A stretch of 64,000 nucleotides of DNA from Lama guanicoe (GCA_013239625.1 MU054391.1:1610711-1674710); one strand, 5' to 3'. Shown: positions 29,896-43,374, counted from the first letter of the stretch. The notes: generated from the letters alone by a model not told the origin. Made by a program: numbers and translations.

Positions 29896-30123
29896 ACAGA
29901 AGGGGTAGGAAAGAGCAGAAAGTGATTTAGGTGATGTTACCGTGTCTAGATTAATGAAAGTTAGGCCCGCGGTACCTTGCGGCCCACGTCACACGATGTG
30001 CCCCGCTGTGGCTGGACAGCACCGCCCCTCCGCGGGTGGTTCCGGGGGCTGCCCCGCCGGTGTTGCTGGCGCACCCACGTCCTGACTTTCCCGGTTAATC
30101 CTTTACCTGTCACTCATTTCCAG

Positions 30124-30211
30124 AGCTTTCCTTCATCTCGGTCAGAATAACTTTGCCGAAGCCCACAGATTCTTCACAGAAATTCTAAGGATCGAACCAA
30201 CAAATGCAGTG
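30124..30211 (+). CDS. TRAPPC12: TRAPPC12 coding exon (about exon 11): (R)[29 protein letters not shown]
   Basis: tttccAG acceptor, GTG|GTaaga donor; 88 nt, phase 2-0; TPR-like peptide. Confidence 0.95.
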
Positions 30212-30383
30212 GTAAGACGGAGCGATGTGGGCTCACCTGCAGCCCTCCCCAGGTCCGCCGGCACCGGCACCTTCACAGGGCATCAGGGAGGTGTCCGGGA
30301 CCCGCGCCGCCCCCAGTGCCGTGCCCCGCGTCGTGGTACCTGGGGCCCGGGGCCCACAGTCATAATACGTGCCACCCGCCTGA

Positions 30384-30647
<264 letters not shown>

Positions 30648-30691
30648 GGCTCCAGCCTGTGCGCGCAGACACCGGCGCTAACGTGTGACCC

Positions 30692-30697
30692 AATAAA
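30692..30697 (+). terminator. TRAPPC12: TRAPPC12 polyadenylation signal AATAAA
   Basis: Canonical hexamer 45 nt after the stop codon. Confidence 0.7.
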
Positions 30698-31180
30698 AGC
30701 TCCCCCACCCGTGTCTGCGAGCGCGTCTTGAGAAGGCCGCGGCAGTCGGGCAGTTTGCCCGTGGGGTGAACACAGCATGGGGGAGGGCATCTCCCATGGA
30801 GAAGTCTGGGACGCTTCGGGCCCTCCTGTTTACGCCAGGAAGCCGGTCTGCTTCATGGACTAATTCTGAACGTCCTCAGAGAAGCCCTGAGCAAGGACAC
30901 AGACAGCACTCTCGCTCGGTGCCTGGATGTTCTGGAGGAGGAACACCTTAGGCCCCACCCACCCTCCTCCTGCACCCCACAGCTGACTGCATCCCTTCTG
31001 CTGCCCCGGTCCTTCTCCAGCCTGTGCCGACACCGTGGACCAGCCTGGTGGGGGGTGGGGGGGATTGCACATCACAGGGAGCCGGGCTGGGTTAGGGTGG
31101 GGGGTGCATCTGAGGCAGTCGGGAACAAAGGGTCTCCTAGTGCACAAAACAGGGTGAGCATTGAAAGTGGGTGCAAGCAG

Positions 31181-31881
31181 TGTTTCCGAAACATGGCCTC
31201 CACACCCTGCTTACTGAATTGAGACTTGAGGACAGTTTTGGATGAAGTAGAAAGGCAGCGTCATTTCTTTGCCAGGTAGAGGAGGTCACAGTGGGCTGAG
31301 ACTGTGAGCCTTGTGGGGAGAGAAGGCAGGGGGTTTATAGTAAAAGTTTAAGGGTTCAAGGGGCAGAGCTGGTTTCCATAGAGATCACACACAGGGTAAC
31401 AAGTTGTTGCAAAGTTGTTCTTGTTTTTGCAGATGCAGGGGTCCCCTTCCTCCTGCAGGGTGTGAAGTTCACCTCCTGCTTTAGGACTCTTAATATTCTT
31501 CTGCTTGGAACAAAGGATGCACAGGGAGAGGCTCTATGGAAAATAGCTCTAGAGAAGAACTTGTGCATCTAAAGTCAGGTTGATAAATGCTTTTAGCCTT
31601 TTAGGCAGCTGAGGCCGGGGACCTCCTACTGTAGGCTGAGGCCTGCAGCCAGAACAGGACACAAGGAAACCACAAGGGGTCAGGAGCAAGGACACTGAGC
31701 ATGACCCCTGCACACAGCACCATGAGGGGGTTGGGTGGACCACCCTGTCCTCCGTCCTCTCCAGCCCAGCCTGGTCGGCAAGAGCCTGAGAACAACCCTG
31801 TAACCATGACACAGCCAAGCAGGTACAGACACCACTGCAGATGTCAGGTCACCAGTGACAGCAGGGTCCTGCTCGGTTACA
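31181..31881 (-). mobile_element. ERV1-type solo LTR with 4-bp TSD GCAG
   Basis: Begins TGtttccga and ends tcggttaCA (imperfect inverted termini); gcag on both sides (31177-31180, 31882-31885). Confidence 0.8.
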
Positions 31882-34129
31882 GCAGGGCCAAGAGGTGGTC
31901 CAAACGGGGTGGGGGGGGGTTGTTCTCATATCTGAATGTCAGGGCATCTGCTTTCATATTTACATGGTCACTCACCCCTGCTTTTAAAACATCTAACGTA
32001 CCTGACAATTTCTTCACTCTATTAAAGGACGTCTGGCAAGGGCCCTTTAAATACCCAGCTCACCTCACCACGCATCCTCCACGGCCTGGAAGCGGTCCCC
32101 TGACCCCCAGCCCACTGGGCGCCGGGTCCTCACTCTGGGGCCTTCAGTAAATGACCAAGGACACACGTGGTGGCACCTGCTGGGCCCCTCTTCGGGCGGG
32201 CGGAGGGCTAAACCACACTCGTGCCCCTGGGAACACACGGGGGACTGTCAACATGCCAGAAGGCGGAGCAGCGCCTCCCCCGCGCGCGGGGCCGAGCGGA
32301 CGGGCTGCTTGTGAAGGCGCGCTCGGCAGCACCCATAGCGGTTTCACCGGTGTTGCACTCACTGAGGCCGAAACTGTCGCCCGTTCAGAAGCCGACCTGC
32401 TTTCTCATGTTTCTCCTGTTGCGGGAAAACCACCCAGGCTCAGCTTTCTCAAACCTGGGCACCTGCTGTTAAATGCTATTTCAGCTGGTTCTCCGCGTTT
32501 CATTAGGGGACACAAGCTCTGCTCAGGTAGAGCTGTGGGGGCTGGACAAGAGGTGCCAGCCCCCCCAGCAAGAGGCTGGAGCCCGCCCTGCCCGGAAAGA
32601 GCGGAACTCAGCCGGGGCCACGCAGCCCTCCTCCTGCTCAGGTGAGTCCCCCCAGGTCTCTCGGGCCACCTCCATGAAGTCCCGCGAGTGGAGGAATGAG
32701 CATGGCCCCACACCCTCATCGGGCTGAGCCAGACACCAGGCGGGAGGCCGGGCTGTGCCCATCCAGCTCCAGCCCAGGGCCTCTCGGGTCCCTGAGATGG
32801 GTGAGCCTCGTCAGAACACACGCTCAGAGCTGGCCTGTAGGCAAGGAAAGATGCGGCATTTCTGGAAAAGAAATTGGCAATTGAGTCAAAAAATTTTATT
32901 TATAATAGTAAAATACTGAAAAATTGGAGAGTGGTTTCATTAATTAATTGCCACATATTCCTGAAAGGAGTTTATGCAGTATTAAGATCATATTATTTAA
33001 AATACTAAGATCGTATTGTTTAAAAAGTTAATGACATGGAAAAATACTCAAAAGAAATGTGTATTTACATAAATAATTGCAAAAATAAACTTTAGTAGAA
33101 AGGGCTGAAAAGTAGTATTAAGTGTCAACTAGTCACAGGACGGATGGGCATAAAAGGGCATTTTAATTTTCCGTTCTATGACTCTGAACTTCAGATTTTT
33201 CCACATAATGAGTATGTGTGTATTTTGTTTTTATAACCAAAGGAAATCATCATCAAAATTGGTAAGTGTTTTGCCTTTAAAAGATACAGTAAATTAAAAA
33301 TCATAGTGAAAGTGTGACGTGCTCTGTAATTTAATGATATATATATATATACAGCGATTAAGAGGAATGAGCTGCACATATGCAGGCATATGTAAAAGCT
33401 TCTGGAATAGTTAAGGTTAGGGTTATATATACAATGAAGCGCCATTTATATTAAAGGTACAGGAGTATATACATTTGTAGATGCATGTTTGCAGAACTGG
33501 GTGAAGACAGGTGCGGGGACCGCGGGCGCATCAGAGTGACGTCCCCGCGGAGTGAGGAAGGGGGTCCTGGGAGACTCACTGTGTCCGCAGGGCTAGTCTT
33601 CTTTTCAGAATGGTGTTTTTATATTATCCTTAAGTTTTACCTCAATTTCTGGAAGTACAAAGTGACTGAGGACAAGTTTAGGACGGTTCCCACCACCGGG
33701 CTGGCTAGAACACTGGCTCTGCTGGCCTCCCGGCCAAGTTTCTGTGCCACAGAAGTGAGACAGTCCCTCCCAGTCCTGCGTCAGGACACAGGGACTCTCA
33801 GGGGCGCGTGCCCCCTGGGGCCTCACCGGCTGCGGGGAGCAGCGCTGACACCGTGGGCGAGGCCTGGCTGGCCGGCCAAGGACAGTGCAGGGCGCACAGA
33901 CCACCCTGCCTCTCATGGGCTCGGGTCACCACACCCGGTCCGCACAGCTGACCCTCCAGGCGGAGGCCATCATCACTCTCAGGAGGTGCGAAAGGACCAC
34001 GGACAGCGCCAAGGGCCAGGGCAGCCCCGGGCTGTGCACCGTGGCCCAGCGCCCACAGCCACCCACACGGGGCACCAGAGCGTGGCGGGTCCCGCGTCAG
34101 GGTGCCCCAGAGGCTGCACAGAACACGTG

Positions 34130-34306
34130 GTGAAAGAATCTCTCACTAGTACTGAGAGAATCTTACATTATTACCTGCTAAAGCGACATGTATGTTAGAT
34201 TAAATCTATCGTTCAAATTAAGATCTTTTATAAAACTTTATCGTGGCTCCTAGAAAATTCTAAATTGCATGTGTGTCTCCTATTAAATTTTTGCTGGGCA
34301 GCACTG
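34130..34306. mobile_element. MER3/MER33-like hAT-Charlie MITE fragment
   Basis: gtggctcctagaaaattctaaattgcatgtgtg...gggcagcactg terminus. Confidence 0.55.
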
Positions 34307-35742
34307 AACACATGTAACAAACATGTACAGAAATGAACATAATGTGAAGATTCAATCATGGAAACAGCGAGGGTCTGACAGACTGGAGAGGCCGGGTGGA
34401 GCGGTGAAGGGGCCACCCGCCACCCTGTGGGATGATTACCCACGGAGATAAAACTTCCGGAGGGGAGGCAGGGGCAGAGAGGCCCACGGGTCCTGAGCCT
34501 TGTCCCACCTGCAGGAGAAAGAAGCAGAGAGCAAGGAAGAGGACGCGGGGGGACACCTCTCACAGGCAGGGCCCCTGTGGGAGTGGGGCAGTCCCTCCTT
34601 CCCGCCCTCACCTGCAGAAGGGGGCCGGCCCCTCCCTTCCCCAAGCTCCCACTGGCCCAGGAAGGGGGGCCCCCTCCCTCTGGGAGGTGGGGGTGGCACG
34701 GAGGGCCCGCACTTCCTCCTTCACCAACGCAGGGTCAAGTGGTACCCGCTCCCATCCCCCCTCCTTCCTGCCAGCTGCTCCCAGGTGAGGCTCTGGGGCC
34801 AGACAGGAGGTAAACCTGGCCTGTGGCCCCATGCTGTCCGGCCCTGCTTGCCGGTGACCAAGTGACCTCCTAGGCTCTAGGCCAGCTTCTCGTGTGTAAA
34901 ATGTGGGTACCACACCTGTGTGAGATCACACAGGTTCACGCGTGTGCTATTCACGAGCTGGGCATTTATGAGCAAATCAGGTATAAACACACACACCAGT
35001 TCCCCCACACCCACGACCCCTCCCAGAAGACGGAGTCAACCTTTCCAGTTACTGTCGATCAGGGAGCGCCTCGGACTGTTAGGGACCCTCACGCAGGGTC
35101 GTGCTGGGGTGTGGGCACCGTCCCCACAGTGAGCGCCCCTAGTTACTGCAGAAGAGCACGGAGTTTGGCGGGTTCTGGGCAGGGCGGGAGAGGGGAGCAG
35201 GGGAGACTCGCTTCAGCCGGGAAGACGCCAGGACAGCCCACGAAGGACACCCTGGGAAGACCACGCGGATATGGGCCAGAAGACAACACTCGGGCACCCA
35301 GAGGGTGACTGTGATCCCGGGGTGGCCACGTGTGGCCGGACAGCAGAGTGGATGCCGGCCACCAGTCAGGAGGCCTCCACTAAGGATTCTGTAGTTAGGA
35401 CGTGACCTAGGTGCCCCTGTGCTGCAGGGCCCGGGGCCAGGGGGCCGGGGGCAGTGAAGGGTGCAGAGACAGAGACGTCCCTGGAGCAGAACCGCAAGGC
35501 CAGGCGGCCACGGGGAAAGGGCTGAGAGGCGGGCCAACCACCAGACGACAGCCCAGGGCCCCTGGGAGCGCCCAGGCCCACCTCCTGCCCCCGTAGGTGT
35601 GCCGGGTCCCCAGTAAGCCGCACCCCCACCACAAGATAAACACCCAGCCCGGGGCCCACCCTTCCCCCGCCGGCCTGGGGCCCTGGGTGGGCACTGAGCC
35701 CTCGGAGCCGCGGGGCTCTCGTTTGAAGAATGGGGAACAAGA

Positions 35743-36059
35743 CTGTTAGTTTTCTGAAGCCGCTGTAGCAGCTGCAAACCACTGAGGTCTCCTGTCTCAC
35801 GCTCAGGCCGGACGTCTGAACCTCGGCGTCTGCAGGGTCTCACGGCCGCAACCCCCGCCTGGGTCCTCACAGAGCATCGCCGGTGTCTCTCCCTCTTAGA
35901 AGGACACCGGACCTCAGGCTCAGGGCCCGCCCTCGCCCAGGATGATCTCAGTGAGAGCCTCATCCAGTCACATCAGCAGAGCGCCCACTCCCAGATAAGG
36001 GCACATTCTGAGGTTCCAGCGGACGTGCAGTTTCGGTGGTTAGTATTCAACCCATGACA
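35743..36059 (-). mobile_element. MLT1-type (ERVL-MaLR) LTR
   Basis: aaggacacc...agggccc.ccct...caggatgatctca...cagataagggcacattctgagg...attcaacccatgaca. Confidence 0.7.
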
Positions 36060-37179
36060 CCTGCTGATAGCATCCACGTGGGTCAGAGCGGACTGCTTAA
36101 ATAGCAGGAAACAACCAACCAGCCTCTCGTGCTTTTGGGTCCTAGCGGACGCCGCCCCCACCCCACCCCCACCGACTACCTCTACAGATGGTGGCGGCGG
36201 GGGGGGGGGGCGCAGCGTGGGACAGACCTCCAAGGAGCGCCTCCGGCCGTCTCTGCTGGGCGTCCGAGTCCTGTGTCTCTCCGTGTCCTTCCACAGCGAC
36301 ACCAATGACGTCCTGCCCCACCAGACGGCCATCGGGATTCACTAACGGTGGTGCAGACCCAAGAAAAGCACATGTGAAAGCAAATCGTATTGATCTGATG
36401 GAATGTCCTTTGCCAGGCTCCTGTATCACCCAGATGAGATTCTATCTGGGTTTCAGAGCAGGTGATTTTGGGGGGAAATAAAGGTATTAAAATACAGTAA
36501 CAAAGGAAGGCAAAGGCGAGGGGTCCAGGTGGAGAGAACCTTTCCTTAGACGAGCAGGCTCCATTCCGGACCTGGTCGCAGTGCACGCAGGCGCTGCGCT
36601 GAAGCACGAGCCAGCCCCGACCCCCAGCCTGGGCGTCCCCCGCCCAGCGGCTTCCAGTGCCACCACCGCATTTCAGAGGACAGACGCTCTGAAAGAGAAA
36701 GACTTCTGAGGCTGAAAACCGAGAACACCGGAAACTCAGAGAAGACACATCACCTGCTCCCGGGGAGCTGCCAAAGGTCCTCCCAACCGAGCAGGGCCAG
36801 CTGCAGCCCCCACCCAGCTCCTCCCGCCTCAGGGCCCCCCAGGCAGGCGGGCAGGGTAGACACCGGGAGTCCCCAGCACCCTGGTCCGGGGCACCCTTGC
36901 ACGCACACCCACCTGCATGCACACTCAGACACCTTCCCAGTCAGCTCTCTCCCCCATCTCGGGCACAGGACCAGGGCTCTGACGAAGCGCTGGTGGGACG
37001 GCTGCTGGTGGGTTTCTAGTTGAGGGCGTGAAGCACCCTCCCGCAGCAGCCAGGGGAAGGCCCCTGGTTCCACCACGGGCTGCTCACCACTCGGGGAGGC
37101 ACAGGCTGCTGTCCCCACCGCAGACAGGTCCTGAACTTCAGTTTTCCACAGGGAAGCTCCTCAGCACCCGCTGTGCGTG

Positions 37180-37459
37180 CACTGCGGGCTGTGTCCCGCC
37201 AGACCATGGGATGAAGCCCTGGTCCCCAGTGCGATGGCCTTAGGAGGCGGGGCCTCTGGGAGGGAGGCCCAGGACGGGATGGTGCCCCCAGACTCCAGGG
37301 CTGGCTCTCCCTCTGACCCACATGAGGACACAGCCAGGAAGAGGTCCTCCCCAGAACCCGGCCACACCGCACCCTGACCTCGGACTTCCAGCCCCCAGAG
37401 CTGCGGGAAATCCGGGTCTGCCGTGTTCCACGTGGGGAGCCCAAGCCAACGGAGACACA
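37180..37459 (+). mobile_element. MLT1A-like LTR
   Basis: catgaggacacagccaggaagaggtcctccccagaacc...accctgacctcggacttccagcccccagagctg. Confidence 0.7.
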
Positions 37460-38679
37460 GGGCTCGGCCCCGTGTCAGGATGGCTCCCAAGGGGAGAGGG
37501 CGGGGGGTGCCCGGCTCTGGTTCCCACGCTTCCGGGTAGGGGCAGTTCTGTGACTACACGGAGGTCGGGGGCAGCGGGTGCCCCTGCGATAAACACCCCA
37601 GGTACAAAGCCATGCTGACATCCGTTCTCATCAGGATCTGCAGCCCCCAAATTAGGCATGAGATCCTGATCCGCTCCCACCCAAGGTGTCTCTGTCCTCT
37701 TCTAAACTGCACTGTCTCCCCCACTGCCCAGGCTGCCCGGAGCTGGGGAAGACGCATCTCAGAACCGAGGGGGACGGGCTCCTCTGACGAAGCGATAAAG
37801 GCTGCGGTTTCTCTCCCTGCAAGGATGCAGGAGACCCCTCTGTCCCACCAGTCCAGACACGACACTGGGGCTGAATCCTCAAGCTGGTCCCCCTTCAGCA
37901 TGTGGGGATGCTACCTGGGACAGTGTCCCGTGGCTGCCCCTGCACTAAGGCTCCGTGTGACCCTGTCCCCTCATCAGAGCTCCCCACCCAGGTGGAGTCA
38001 CAGACACCCCCTACGCGTGGAAGCGTGGGGACAGAGCTGGGCAGAGTCCCTGCTCTGGTAGCGCGATGTGGGAGGTGAGGCCCCAACACCATCTACACCA
38101 AGCTCCCCACTTATTTGCAGTGGAGAATACAGCCGACTTGCAGGCAGAGGGTGGCGTTCCTGCCCACGACCCAGATGCACGCCCACGGGTCCTGCACGGC
38201 CTGAGTCCCCGGGGGAAGAAGCCCCTTCACGTCGCGTTTCCGACATGCAACAAAGAGCTGCAGGAAAGAGCCCCAGCAGGACAACAGAAGGGACCACACG
38301 GTGAACGCTGGATAGACTCGGGGTCCTGGCTAGCATGAGGCCCGTGTCTGGGCTGAGGTGGGGGTCCGCCCTTGGGCCACCCACCCCCCACCATGGCCCA
38401 GCAGCCTCCACGTGCTCAGCGGGAGGCCCTCCGGCCTTAAGGGCTCCTGCACAAGAGCCAGGAGCCGCAGGGCCCCGCAGACGCCACAGCCAGAGGGACC
38501 AGAACTCTCACCGCCCGGGGACCACCCTCCAGGCCTCGCTCGCTGTGTCCGGCGTCTGGCTGTGGACGAGCAGTCGGTTCCTGTCTCTTTCTCCTCCGCT
38601 CAGATTCTGTTTGTTTCTCTTTCTCAGAATCTCGGACCCACTGACAGCACCTCCCAGGTGAAGCCTGAGTGGGCTTAAT

Positions 38680-39140
38680 CCATTATCAATCCTGCGTAAC
38701 AGAATTGCTGCAAAAGCTGTCGACTTAAAACAATGTTGTAAGGCAATAACAAAGCAATAAACTTATCATTGCCTACAATTTCTGAGTCAGGAATCCGGAG
38801 GTGCTGAGCCGGGGGCACCGGGTCCCCATGCAGTGCCGCCCAGGTGTCGCGGGGGCTCCGTCAGTGGAAGGCTCGACTGGGGCGGGAGGAGCTGCTCCCA
38901 CCCTGCGAGGCGGTGGTGCTGGGCGCCCTCTACGTGGCAGCCGCCTCCCCAGGAGGGATAAAGGACACGCAGGAAACCACGCGTTCCCGACCTGGTGACA
39001 GCTGGCCCTCCGCCACATCTTCCCCACGAGAGCCAAGTCACTGCAAGGGACCACCATGCACAAGGGAGAACTGGGTCCGCCTTCCAAGGTAAGGATTTGT
39101 CAGAGAATCTGTAGGTATATTTTCAAAACCACTACACGTA
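38680..39140 (-). mobile_element. MLT-type LTR remnant
   Basis: ctgcgtaacagaattg...gacttaaaacaa...caatttctgagtcaggaatccgg. Confidence 0.5.
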
Positions 39141-40020
39141 ATTTTTAAAAAGTCCTTCCTATCATTTCGCTGGCTTCGGGGCCACGCGGAGACAGACCCA
39201 AGTCCTCTACCACGTGCACCGACCCTGAGTTTACTCTTCAAGAGGCAGAGACCCCCAGGTCCTGAGGAACGCCCGCCCGAGGCTGTTAGCTGCTGCTGAC
39301 AAAAGGCAGCAAGGAAACACCGCCCCCCGGGGAGGGCGCCGAGCCCGGGCATCCGAGCCGCCTGCGCAGGCGGCACGCTGGGGAAGGCCCCTCCGCCTCA
39401 GTGAGGCAAAGCCGAGCCCGGCCGGGGACCCCCACACCAAGCCCCGGCGTCACTCGCGCAGTGCTTCCCAGCTGAGGACACCTGGGTGTCCTCAGGACGC
39501 ACTTCACAGAAGTCAGCTGGGAGCCCACCATCCAAAATGCCCCAGAAGCACATAAACGCATGCCTGTCACCAGCCGCAAGGTCGTGCCGGGCAGTGGGAG
39601 GGCCGGGGGCCTGAGGGTCACTCCAGGAGCCCCAGACAGAGCCCACGAACCTCTCCTCCCCCGAGCTCTTTCCTCCCAGCAGACGGGGGGCTTGGGACTT
39701 CAGGACTGTACCCTCCCCAATGGCCGGCCCCGAGGCTCTTTTCTTCCCCCCTTTTGTTGAGTGACTGAGCCGGGCCTGGGGACGGCAAGGTCCTGTTGGC
39801 TGATGTTAGCATCCCTGTCCCCAGGCCACAGGCCGGCAATCCAGGCCGTGGGAACGCTGCTCCCAGCTGTGCTCCTGGGGCCGGAGACCCCCGACAAGGG
39901 TCTTGTCACATGGATGCCCTGTCTAGGGGGGCTGCACAGGCTTTCCTGCTTCTCCGCCGAGCCCCCAGTGAGCCCTCCCACCCCAGGCTGTGTCTGCGAC
40001 CTGCACACGCAGCCCTGCAG

Positions 40021-40022
<2 letters not shown>

Positions 40023-40056
<34 letters not shown>
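40023..40056. repeat. (CA)17 microsatellite
   Basis: Read directly. Confidence 0.95.
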
Positions 40057-40061
<5 letters not shown>

Positions 40062-40264
40062 AGCAGCAGGCAAAGCGACTTTACAGAGGTGAAGGTGGGT
40101 CCCTCGGCTCTGCGCCAGCACCCAGCCCCGCGGGGGCACACGGCTGGCCGCTGCTTCAAAGCTGTGGGTGACCAGAATGGTGTCGTCTTGCATTTATCCG
40201 CGAGGAGGAAGGGAAGCCCCGGGAGGTCCACAGACAGGGAGAGTCAGTCTCATGGGATGTCCCA

Positions 40265-40406
40265 GCAGGTGTAATAGCATATGATGGGGAAGAATCCGAG
40301 AAGAAAACATATGTGCACGTGTGTGCATGACTGAATCACTTTGCTGTGCACTTGAAACTGATATTGTAAATCAACTACACTTTAATAAAAAATTAAGGAA
40401 AAAAAC
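40265..40406 (+). mobile_element. Short L1 3'-end fragment of cetartiodactyl type
   Basis: tgactgaatcactttgctgtgcacttgaaactgatattgtaaatcaactacactttaataaaaaa plus an A tail. Confidence 0.75.
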
Positions 40407-40689
40407 CATGAGGTTACTATGGGGGTTTTCTATAACAAATTAGGCACAATTGTATCTCAGAATTGTTAACTAAAAAAAAAACAAAAACGAAGCTCTCTTG
40501 TTAAAATTCAAAGCCTGATTGTGACAATCATGGGGACTTTAAACTAGGAATTTCACATGGAGCAAGTGTAACAAAATGTGTATTAATCATATGCATCACA
40601 CAAATGTCTAAACGGAGAGATTTCAATGAGCCGCAGGTACCAGAATACAAGGTGACTGCAAGTCACAAGTGTAAAATTAAGGCAGCGAC

Positions 40690-40695
40690 TTTATT
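40690..40695 (-). terminator. ADI1: Candidate ADI1 polyadenylation signal (AATAAA on the minus strand)
   Basis: tttatt on the plus strand about 1.2 kb past the ADI1 stop codon. Confidence 0.5.
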
Positions 40696-41882
40696 TTGAA
40701 CAAGAAAGAGGCACAAGCGCAGCAGCCCCACAGCCGACTACGGCCCCGCGCGGGCTCCGCCCACTCTGCCCTCGGACACAGCAGCAGGAGGCCGGCCCGC
40801 CCCAGCCCCCCCGACCCCGGATTAGGCATTCAGAGACTTTTACCCCTGACAGGCGGGGTCCACGCCCCTGCTCAGGCCGGAAGCAGTTGCAGAAGACTGA
40901 CCGACACCCCTCTGCACCCCAACAGGTTATGGGAGTAAAACCTCTGAGGGGGATGGGGCAGGAGGGAAGGGGCGGGCACAGCCACTCAGGAAGTGACAGT
41001 GACTAACACCAGGATGGCGGGAGATGCTGCCAGCCCCCAGCTGGCCTTGGGGCTCAAGATGGCAGGAGATCCGACTTCCAGCAGACCTTGAGCTTCATCA
41101 TGAGCCCAATGTGACACATCACCACAGTAAGTAACACGCCCACAGGCGCCACAACGGCTCTGAGGCTGCCCGCAAAAGGTCGGAGTGGGCGTGGCCCAAC
41201 TCCTGGGACTCCAGCCCCCGCCCCAGGGCGGCTGGAATGGTCCTCCCACTTGTTAGCACATGAAGCTCCACAGCCCATAAAAGGCTCCTGGCGCCTCTCT
41301 TGCTCCCCCCTCTTCCAGAGACGGCCCATACTGTCTAGGAGTGTGGACCTCTTTTTACTCCAACCTGAGCACCCAGCCCCCGCACTGCATGGCCTTTCTC
41401 TCCCCTTATGAAACAGCCTGCGGCTCTATGCACCCCGGCTCGCCCCCAGGGCTCCCAGTCTGCTGCCCCGGGGTCTGGGAGAAAGGCGTCTCTCTGGCCA
41501 CCCCATCACCACTGTCACACCCCCTCACAAGGCAGGCACAGCCTCGCCTGGAATCTGCTTCCAGTCCAAGAACCAGGTCCAGACGGGGCAGCCAGGTGGC
41601 CACGTGCGGGGAGCTGAGACTGGGGTAGAGTGAAGGCGTGTGCTGACCGGGGGCTGCTGGACCGCTCGTCCTGAACCAGAGAAAGTGAATGGATTTGCCC
41701 AGATTCCCAGTTTCCAAGCACAAATCAGCGCTACAGCTCCTTCCAGGAAAACATATCTGATCAAATAACCTGCGAAGGAAAGCTCACCCAGCTCACCCGC
41801 CCAAATCTATGACATAAAAGCGAGGAGGATATCAGAGATCTGCCGCTGCTGTCGCACCCGGGGCCTTCACAAGGGGGCCCCG

Positions 41883-42002
41883 CTACGCTGTCTGCGCCAG
41901 GAACTGCACGTACTGGCCCCGGGCCTCCAAGTGGTCAGCAGGCCGGTTGTACGGCGTCCACACCGGGTCTCCCACAAACAGCCGCATGGCCTTCACGTAG
42001 TT
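41883..42002 (-). CDS. ADI1: ADI1 exon 4 [42 protein letters not shown]
   Basis: ttttccAG acceptor, TAG stop at 41885-41883; the four exons total 540 nt = 179 aa plus stop. Confidence 0.96.
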   Translation of the reverse strand, partial: NYVKAMRLFVGDPVWTPYNRPADHLEARGQYVQFLAQTA

Positions 42003-42671
42003 CTGGAAAACACACAAGCACAGCCAGCGGTGGTGACACCAGCTAACAAGGTGACATCCCCATCTCCATCACACTTGGTCCTGAGAGTTCGTGTCGCCAT
42101 GTGCTCGGGGGGCCGAGCGTCTGCGGCTCCAGCTCAGGGAGGACCCCGCTCCCTCTGTGAAGCTCGGGTGCAGCCCCCCTTCCTAGCCAGCAGGCCCTCG
42201 AGCTGCTGCCGACGAGGGAGGAGCGGCATCATAACTAGAAACGTGCGCACCTGTGCGCCCCCAGGACCAGCCCTGCAGGTGACGCACGTGGTGCTCACGG
42301 CAGGCCCCGGAAGCTCCTGATCGCAGCATGTTTACAACCACCAAGAACCAGCACCAGCGGAGGTGCCCGTCGTCAGGGACCCACCCAGTGGCTGAATCGA
42401 GGAACGTCCGGCAGCTGGGGTCACAGCTGGGACAGGAGCCAGCGCTTCCCCAGACCCCGCTGGCTGGCCCGACCCCACAGCACAGGGAGCAGGAGGGGAC
42501 GCAGCCCCAGGGATGAAGGCCGCCAGCGCCGTGTCAGAGGGGAGAGGACGGGCTCCCGCTCGCCTGGCCGGCACCGCTCTCAGAGTCGTTCCTTCCGGAG
42601 AGGGACACTGAGGGGCGGGGAACGGGGCTGAGAGCGCCACTCTTCCCTGCACACGCTCTCATAATTCTGAG

Positions 42672-42761
42672 TTTATTTATTTTTTCCCCTCTCATTTAAC
42701 AGAGGACTGGGGATTGAACCCAGGGCCTTGTGCGTGCTCACCACACGCTCTACCCCTCCCC
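42672..42761 (-). mobile_element. tRNA-derived SINE fragment
   Basis: ctggggattgaacccagggccttgtgcgtgct. Confidence 0.75.
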
Positions 42762-43194
42762 TAAGTGCGTTTATTTTCTACTCAAAAATTATACTTAAGT
42801 CTCACATTCGTCTAAATCACGTGCGGAGAACCTGGGAACTCCCTTCCTCCTGTCCTGCCGCCGGTCCCTACGACCACAGGGCTCGACTGCTGAGGCCCAA
42901 ACTGAAACGCCCTAAAATGACAATGGAGCAGTAACTGGGGACCCTTGCAAAGCTGGACCCCTGCACAAACCGCCAGGTAGGCACATGCGCTCCACGAGGC
43001 CTGCACGCCTCCTGCGGGCCTGTCTGCACGTGCCCAGGGGTGTGCGCGAACATGGGTGCCCCCTGCTCCCCCCGACCCCGGGCCCCTGCCCAGCTGCCGG
43101 CCCCCCACCCACAAAGGGGGCGTCCTCAAGCAGCAGAACCGGGCGTTTGGCCTCCATGCACAGACCAGACCTAAAACGAAGGGCAGGGCCCCAC

Positions 43195-43374
43195 CTTCTC
43201 GTCCAGCGTGAAGCGGTGGTAAATCCCAGCGGGCAGGGTGATCATGTCGCCCTTCTCCATGGAAATCCGCACCCATTTGTCCTCTTTATCTCGCACGTCG
43301 AAGTAGCCGCTGCCGTCCAGGATGTAGCGGATCTCGTCATCCAGGTGCAAGTGCTCCTCGTAGAACATCTTAAT
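43195..43374 (-). CDS. ADI1: ADI1 exon 3 (cupin metal site): [60 protein letters not shown]
   Basis: ctctAG acceptor, AAG|GTgggg donor; 180 nt; carries the ARD metal ligands H88, H90, E94 and H133 in spliced numbering. Confidence 0.97.

Noticed and set aside
32980..33025. 23-bp tandem duplication (similar short ones near 49664-49692 and 50020-50050)
   Set aside because: Ordinary slippage duplications in AT-rich or L1 DNA.
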